Positions 59,001 to 64,000 of a stretch of DNA of 64,000 bases are shown one piece after another. The notes beneath the pieces are model-generated. The model was not told the origin of the DNA and made no database searches. It was given only the letters and a program-made list of their open reading frames with translations. Every line of letters starts with the position of its first letter. Positions within the stretch are counted from its first letter, which is position 1. This stretch comes from a bacterium (lineage in GTDB: Bacteria > Hinthialibacterota > Hinthialibacteria > Hinthialibacterales > Hinthialibacteraceae): NCBI GenBank assembly GCA_963662285.2, contig CAXXMV010000001.1, forward strand, positions 416,001 through 480,000, in the 5' to 3' direction. Made by a program: the position numbers and the translations under genes.

Positions 59001-59973
59001 AAACCGAAATTGAATCAGCGTTATCTGTCGCGATGCGCAGGTAAACGCCGTATTTATCTTTTTCTCCCGATGAGACTTTGAGCAGCACGGTGTTGGCGCC
59101 TGCATTGAGATGAGTCTCTATATAAACCTGATCGGGAACCGGGCGGTGGTATCGATCAGCGTTGACTAGTAGTTTTCCATTCAACCATGCTTTCAATGCG
59201 CCGCCGTGTCCGATGTAAATCTTGCAGTTCTGCGCAACGGACGATTGAACCACTGTGGTAAGATAGGTGGTTGATTCGTTGGATGGATCAACTATGGAAT
59301 GAAGGTTGATGTAGCCGTTATAAGGTTCAACAGGAACGGGACGCCATCCGATGGTCTGTCGGCGTCCTTCATAGGTAGCGGTTAGATCAAGATTCTGCTC
59401 TGGACCAAAGGCGCGTTCGTGGCCGCCTTCTTCTGCGTTGTCAAATGGTCCACAATACCAAAAACCAGTTATATAACCGGATTCAGCATAAGCCTGCGCC
59501 GATTCATCCCACCGCCCCAAACGTTTGAGCAAAAGCGCCCGGTTGCTTTTAAGCAGAGAAACAAAACGCTCGGATAGACCATCACGTTGCAATACTTTAT
59601 CGAAACAGGCCAAAGATTTCTGGAAATCCTCTTTGGAATCCAACTCTTTCAATATCTCGAATAAAAAGAGATATGCTTCCGGTTGATCATCAGCTGATTG
59701 AAATGCTTCCAGCCAATGATCCAAGGCGGCTTTATCTCCAGAAGGTCTGCTGGAGGACAAAAGCGCCAAACCGGCATGAGCCAGCGCGTCTTTAGGATTA
59801 TTGGCAATTGTTTCTTCAAACGCCTTTATCGCCTGGTCAATATCTCCATGCGCAATAAACGACGTCCAGACGTCTTCTCCGTCTGCCATGACCAAAGGCG
59901 TAGCAGCCATCAAGCATACGATTCCGATTAAACTCGCAAATACGATTCTAGAATGCAGGGATAAATTTTTCAT
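56068..59973 (-). CDS. Secreted TPR + DUF3857 + transglutaminase-like protein
   Basis: WYCGPFDN domain; TPRs; ARVWKPDG, LEKGSVVELEY; RYLGLEFGIHGYKP, YGDCKDKA, FNHCI, WIDGT catalytic triad. Confidence 0.9.
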   Translation of the reverse strand: MKNLSLHSRIVFASLIGIVCLMAATPLVMADGEDVWTSFIAHGDIDQAIKAFEETIANNPKDALAHAGLALLSSSRPSGDKAALDHWLEAFQSADDQPEAYLFLFEILKELDSKEDFQKSLACFDKVLQRDGLSERFVSLLKSNRALLLKRLGRWDESAQAYAESGYITGFWYCGPFDNAEEGGHERAFGPEQNLDLTATYEGRRQTIGWRPVPVEPYNGYINLHSIVDPSNESTTYLTTVVQSSVAQNCKIYIGHGGALKAWLNGKLLVNADRYHRPVPDQVYIETHLNAGANTVLLKVSSGEKDKYGVYLRIATDNADSISVSAPSVNQDTPDITGHTPVSENEAPQVINFDPAPIQQLRAMAESPDASPHQKLFFSQLLQRWHVADENDTSANALLSSMTTQYPDNPLLWREQGDSETMGNRKRLAYKKALDIDPGDQAAFLGLLRNYSNSPYAVKGLDLIRDWKKERELPQSALLEQAHILNGKGLREAAIDLLKQGDEDLGAKASMFLFSMESSRMTESDKQIALQSILEDFPFEYDAVRQLRDIALRNNDEEAVQDLLKREQWLNPFSTEGFIQAALRQQGKDDFEGALLTLKKVLAISPDMFDAHRLSAVLYHQMGDDANALNELRLALITRPSDPWCLDYMEFLQPNEETYASPFLVDWKTIQQPEDQDLSKANYLVLLHQRIVRVHANGNSSETVREAIKILTETGVRYQQVRGVYYEGDSEEVRIISARVWKPDGTFYDAPAPRHQSTSNAGDAANRLYGDYNVAVLQFQGLEKGSVVELEYEKKDKGENIYADYFGDLFYIGDGFMEPAVRMDYVLITPKSREFYYKYTAPNYPASVVAPSLDEASKPLETESDSERIWKWSFSSLPTIPREPMMPSVTEIIPYLKVSTFQTWEDMTQWYWNLSRDQLIPGAVIHDALARILTDYRIKYKISPTQELSDWDKVRAVNAFVNTDVRYLGLEFGIHGYKPHKVDDICNAQYGDCKDKASLAVAMLKEIGIEANLVIIRTTNKGEIDYDLPSLGIFNHCIYYLPDIDGKEYWIDGTATFFDASELPSVDAGANTLIVKPGGAYEFKRIPHSDKEENGAIYTTAMTLDNDGTAQGFRIAEFRGLYNPVVRRTYENPVKAKETVDRILVGTYPGSQSSNIELSDLQDYATSERLAYQMTIPQYSVKQGDRWILPSTIFKDMMSQRFASLSEREYDLILNYPWTRTNIFTIKLPDGHVDVELPQNRSIDNPFGKFERISEIDGAEITIKEEIVFKPVRVSKEDYPEFREFCRLVDHYQDEKVSYKK

Positions 59974-60276
59974 GATTTGTCCGTTTCAGGTTTTTTAATA
60001 CGATTTCCCAAAAAATCAAAACTACCAAAATCTTAACTATAGATAATCAATATGTATACGTTTATAAGGATACATAGGTCACGAAGTGAATGCGAGGGTA
60101 AATATCACAGTTCTTTTATAATCCTCCTAATTGTCAATCTTTTACTATTTGTATTAGTTAAATTGTCAACTTGAACGATATTAATGTATAGAAAGCATAA
60201 TCAATATAAAAAATCATCGATAAATCATGAAAAGTTAGGTATTTGCTTGAGCAGTGCGGATTGAACGTGTAATATT

Positions 60277-61974
60277 ATGAATAATAAGTTCAAACATAAT
60301 CTAAAACGAGTCGAGTTACGTAAAGTCCTTATTATTTACGGTCTTGGCAGACAGATATCGCACCAATCCACTATGAAAAGCATACGAGATTTTTTACATA
60401 GCATCGCCTCAAGCGGCTCATCCTTTAAACGGGAAGAGACAGTAACCGCTCTCTCTCAATCTCTATCGAATCTATTACGCGAGCAGCCCTGGTTTCCCAC
60501 TCATGATGACAACTGGATCGCTGACATCGCAGAAAAAGCTTCTATACAGATTTTAGATAAACTGATTGATTTAAATACCCGGAAATTGGATGCATCTACT
60601 ATCGAAAAAAGCGTATCGGATATTTCGTCCAATTTGCTGCAAGCCATATTTTATACATCTGATGTGATCCGTATGATTTATTCTGATCATCCAGCGGAGT
60701 TTGACGCGCTGGTAAACCAGGGAGTGGAAGAACATTACCATTTAATCCGTCGCGCCGCATCACATGCGGTCAGGCGGCATTCACCGGGAATGAAGCGCGT
60801 CTCAATCGATCCCACCGATTTAGAGGAAGAGTTATGGGGCGTTATGTTAGAAGAATTAGTACGCTGTATGAGCGATTCTCACGCCCGCGTGTGGCGAAAC
60901 GGTGAATCTCAAGCCTTGGTCTTTCCTGAAGAAGGAACGCGCGGCAGCCGCCGGGGCATTATCATGCGCGTCGCTTTGTCGCAAGACGGGTCGCGCATAG
61001 CCGCCATCCGCTCTGATCGGCTCATTTTTGTGTGGGATATTGCGCAAAAGACGCTGATTCGCTCGTGGGATATCGATATTCCGGGTTTTATGGAAAAAAA
61101 TGAAATACGCGAAAGATTATATTTCTCTAATTCTGGCGATCGACTCGCAGTGGAATTAAACAACAACAGCGTCGCCATTCTCAAGATTGAGGAATGCAGC
61201 AATCAAATAAAATTTTTCAATCAAGCCGACCGTGATCAATTTCTCAGTGAATTCGGCAATCCCTATCTTCCTGAACGGTCGCCGGACAAACTCAACGGTT
61301 TTTCTATGACTACCCGAATGGGTCAAAAAACCTTGTTCAGGGATTATTGCAGGAACGTGTACGATTGGTGCTGCGATGAAAAGGGCGAAATACTTGCTGT
61401 CGCCAGCGAAATCGAGCGCAGCATGCCAGCGTGGATGATTGATGCGGGATTTGAACGAGCAGTTTTCCATATCGCCAAAAAGCGCCTGATCGATCTTATC
61501 CGCAAACGGACTCATACCAACTACGCTTGCTGGCAATGCGGTTCCATGAGTTCAAATATGACGGATGATCATTGCCGGAAATGCGGCATGGATTTCTCAC
61601 GCTGCCCCATTGGATGCGATTCAGGGGAGGCGTTGAATGCCTCTAACCGATGGCAATGTTCGAATTGCGGCATGGCCTCTCGTATTGCAGAGCCAGTTGT
61701 CGAAGTAGAAGTTGAAGATTGGCATGCTGATTCTAAAATTGATGGTTTTGAATGGCGCGATGCTCATGATATGGATAGAATCCTTCAGGCGCTGAAAAAA
61801 ACTTCCGTTATTTATAAGAAAATTGAAATTCCTTGCGATATGCTTGTGCAACTTAAATCCGAAGGCCGAACTAATGAAGATATTGGTCAAGAGGTTGGAA
61901 TACCCAGAGGATCAGTGGATTATGTCTGGAATCAATGCAAACAGCAAATACTTCTTTCCATTGGAGAGATTTAA
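60277..61974 (+). CDS. Atypical ECF-like sigma factor: split sigma-2 with WD40-like insert, multi-Cys zinc-ribbon linker, sigma-4 HTH
   Basis: FDALV...HYHLIRRAA...IDPTDLEEELW (2.1-2.2); FERAVFHIAKKRLIDLIRKR (2.3-2.4); EGRTNEDIGQEVGIPRGSV (4.2); true start may be the Met at 60373. Confidence 0.7.
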   Translation: MNNKFKHNLKRVELRKVLIIYGLGRQISHQSTMKSIRDFLHSIASSGSSFKREETVTALSQSLSNLLREQPWFPTHDDNWIADIAEKASIQILDKLIDLNTRKLDASTIEKSVSDISSNLLQAIFYTSDVIRMIYSDHPAEFDALVNQGVEEHYHLIRRAASHAVRRHSPGMKRVSIDPTDLEEELWGVMLEELVRCMSDSHARVWRNGESQALVFPEEGTRGSRRGIIMRVALSQDGSRIAAIRSDRLIFVWDIAQKTLIRSWDIDIPGFMEKNEIRERLYFSNSGDRLAVELNNNSVAILKIEECSNQIKFFNQADRDQFLSEFGNPYLPERSPDKLNGFSMTTRMGQKTLFRDYCRNVYDWCCDEKGEILAVASEIERSMPAWMIDAGFERAVFHIAKKRLIDLIRKRTHTNYACWQCGSMSSNMTDDHCRKCGMDFSRCPIGCDSGEALNASNRWQCSNCGMASRIAEPVVEVEVEDWHADSKIDGFEWRDAHDMDRILQALKKTSVIYKKIEIPCDMLVQLKSEGRTNEDIGQEVGIPRGSVDYVWNQCKQQILLSIGEI

Positions 61975-61989
61975 AGACAGGTTAGTATC

Positions 61990-63108
61990 ATGAACCAAAA
62001 CATGCATAATCAAAAAGAAGGTTTGAACCAAAAAGACTGGAAACTGGCCGACGAACTCATCGAGTCGATTATCCATGACAAAGATATGGAAAAACCTGAT
62101 GCGGCGCCGGGAATCAACCAGGATTCCATGCCGGATCAAGACCGCGTGAGTTTTTTCTCCGCCATTCAGCGCGATTACAAATCGGTTTACCAGAAGAACA
62201 CTATATCTCTGGTTGAGCGCTGGAGCGCGGAACATATTCAGATCAACTGGTTGGCGAAGCTTAAAAATAAACTGAATACCATTCGAGCAGCGAATAAAGA
62301 GGCTTGGGGCGAACTACAGGCCTATTTCGAAGCATTGCAATCCACCGTTGACGTATTATCCACCCGGATGATACCCGCTCCGGTTCATCGCAGCGCCGTC
62401 GCCTCACAGCAGGAACTATATCAGCCGCGGCGCCGCGCCATTGAGCCAGCCGATCTGCCTGCGTTTTCTCCATTATTCTGCACCGCCATCGATCCAGATG
62501 CTGAACCATTCGTAATTTCGGGACTGGCGCCGGAAGTTGAACATCGGTTGACCCTGGTTTGCGTACAAAAACCATCGGTCAAGCACGAAGAAACCATCAG
62601 CGCTTCCAGCAATGGAACGGTTCAAATCGATTTGGCAAAAACCATGATGACGCTTCAAGATGAACAGGGCGAATTTTGCGAATTCACATGGTTCCTGACC
62701 GAAACATCCGGCAATGACGCATGGGCTTCCGGTCTGGTATGGCTGGAATCCAAGGCAACCCGCCGACTGGCCAACGACGCCGTACGCATCTTAATGGAAA
62801 ACGATAATAAAGAGAGCGAAGATACTTGCATCGACTCACTTTTCGAGATCAATCTGTTGGCCACGCGGGAGTCTTATATGGAAGCATACGAACAGACTCG
62901 ACAGGGCTTGCTATTTATGCCGCGTCAAAACCGTGAAGAGAATTCGGCGCCTTTCAAGGAATCGCTCTGGTTATTCCTCAACCACCTGATTGATAAGATT
63001 GTGGACCGGATGGAGAAAGCGGAGCCAGTATTCAAATCGATCAAACCAGACTGGAACGCGGTCAACTCGCTCAAAACTCTTAAAGAACGTTTGACTGAGT
63101 GGGAATAG
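61990..63108 (+). CDS. Hypothetical protein, candidate anti-sigma/partner with DUF928-like C-terminal half
   Basis: Starts 15 nt after the sigma-like gene; FSPL...PF...LTL...SNG...FTWFL...SGLVWL...LLATRESYMEA resembles the DUF928 layout. Confidence 0.55.
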   Translation: MNQNMHNQKEGLNQKDWKLADELIESIIHDKDMEKPDAAPGINQDSMPDQDRVSFFSAIQRDYKSVYQKNTISLVERWSAEHIQINWLAKLKNKLNTIRAANKEAWGELQAYFEALQSTVDVLSTRMIPAPVHRSAVASQQELYQPRRRAIEPADLPAFSPLFCTAIDPDAEPFVISGLAPEVEHRLTLVCVQKPSVKHEETISASSNGTVQIDLAKTMMTLQDEQGEFCEFTWFLTETSGNDAWASGLVWLESKATRRLANDAVRILMENDNKESEDTCIDSLFEINLLATRESYMEAYEQTRQGLLFMPRQNREENSAPFKESLWLFLNHLIDKIVDRMEKAEPVFKSIKPDWNAVNSLKTLKERLTEWE

Positions 63109-63124
63109 ATGAGAACAGATAAAT

Positions 63125-64000
63125 TCAGGGATGAATCCGTTCGGTGAACATCTGGTTATTCTCTTTGGTTTTAATGATTTCCTGATCAATCTCTTCAGCC
63201 AGTTTGTCGATGGAGTTGCGCACTTCCTTGGCGCGGGGGCTGCGCAGGAAAAAGGCGCGCCATTGCGCTTCGCGGATATGTGAAGCAGCACTCTCTAAGC
63301 GGACAAGGTCGCCATTGCTTATTTTAGACAGATGCATCTCAACCCGCGCCAGGGTATCCCGGTAAGCGAAATTGCGGTCAGCTTTTTCTACCGCCTTTTC
63401 CGCCAAAGGCAAGGCGCTCATAAAATGTGACCACCTGATTTCATCATTGTCATCACATATAGCGAACATTAATTCGACCATAGCGGATATATTGCAAAAA
63501 TAATCCTTGAAATGCACTTCAGGATTAATCTTTTCGCTATCAGATATATGCATCTGACAAATCATTAAATCCTCTTTCATGCTTTCCCGGTCATTGCGCA
63601 GCATTGAGCGATATAGCACATAGTCGGCGTAAACCATATTAAGCAGCCAATCATCTTTGGCCACGTCTTTGATACTGTCAGGGATTTCCTGAATAGCGCG
63701 TTGCCGAAGCGCCCGCTCTATGATTTTCTCGACATGTGGATCGAAATCCCTGCTTGGAATCGAATCTTTCCTATCGAGCAGCGCGGATTGAATGATATGC
63801 GATTCAAAGCGCACCGATGCTTCCAGCAGGTAATAGCAGAAAACCACGAACACCGCTCCTCCTAGCAAAGGCAGCAACTTACGCCAGGAAAGATGCGTGG
63901 TTTTACCGCTTTTTTGAAGCGCCCGCCAGGAGGTTTCTTTCATTATCTTGGTGATAGCGAACGAATAGGCGGTAATATTGAGCAGGATAAGCCCCACCCA
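63125..64000 (-). CDS. Membrane protein with helical/TPR-like C-terminus, 5' end outside the window
   Basis: Frame open to the window edge; TM segments then ALPLAEKAVEKADRNFAYRDTLARV (TPR-like). Confidence 0.7.
   Translation of the reverse strand, partial: WVGLILLNITAYSFAITKIMKETSWRALQKSGKTTHLSWRKLLPLLGGAVFVVFCYYLLEASVRFESHIIQSALLDRKDSIPSRDFDPHVEKIIERALRQRAIQEIPDSIKDVAKDDWLLNMVYADYVLYRSMLRNDRESMKEDLMICQMHISDSEKINPEVHFKDYFCNISAMVELMFAICDDNDEIRWSHFMSALPLAEKAVEKADRNFAYRDTLARVEMHLSKISNGDLVRLESAASHIREAQWRAFFLRSPRAKEVRNSIDKLAEEIDQEIIKTKENNQMFTERIHP

Noticed and set aside
60129-60169. AATTGTCAA direct repeat (two minus-strand TTGACA, 32 bp apart) as an operator or tandem promoter
   Set aside because: No convincing -10 box at proper spacing, and the region is AT-rich, so a chance match is plausible.

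Overview
64 kb of bacterial chromosome. Housekeeping blocks (purN; recN; ilvB-ilvN-ilvC with an unannotated Leu/Val-rich leader-peptide attenuator; large Alu-type SRP RNA-dnaX-ybaB-recR; Nif3; cyclophilin) alternate with accessory genes for secreted and membrane proteins. The protein families resemble those I recall from the candidate lineage Hinthialibacterota/OLB16, which is inference only. Main points: (1) 26.6-41.3 kb is a hotspot where AT-rich genes are bracketed by several REP/REPIN-like palindrome families that sit on gene breakpoints. It holds three copies of a ~230-250 bp promoter/leader cassette and two inverted mosaic paralogues (constant leader, variable C-type lectin, constant ~320-aa core, variable C-terminus); one paralogue ends in an FGE/CLec domain whose last codons resemble a DGR variable repeat. 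(2) Two tandem histidine kinases share near-identical kinase DNA but have divergent sensors. (3) An ECF-like sigma factor has sigma-2 split by a WD40-like insert and a four-Cys-pair zinc-ribbon linker, and is followed by a DUF928-like partner gene. I found no CRISPR array, integrase, transposase, reverse transcriptase, rRNA or tRNA. All calls are by eye, without database searches.
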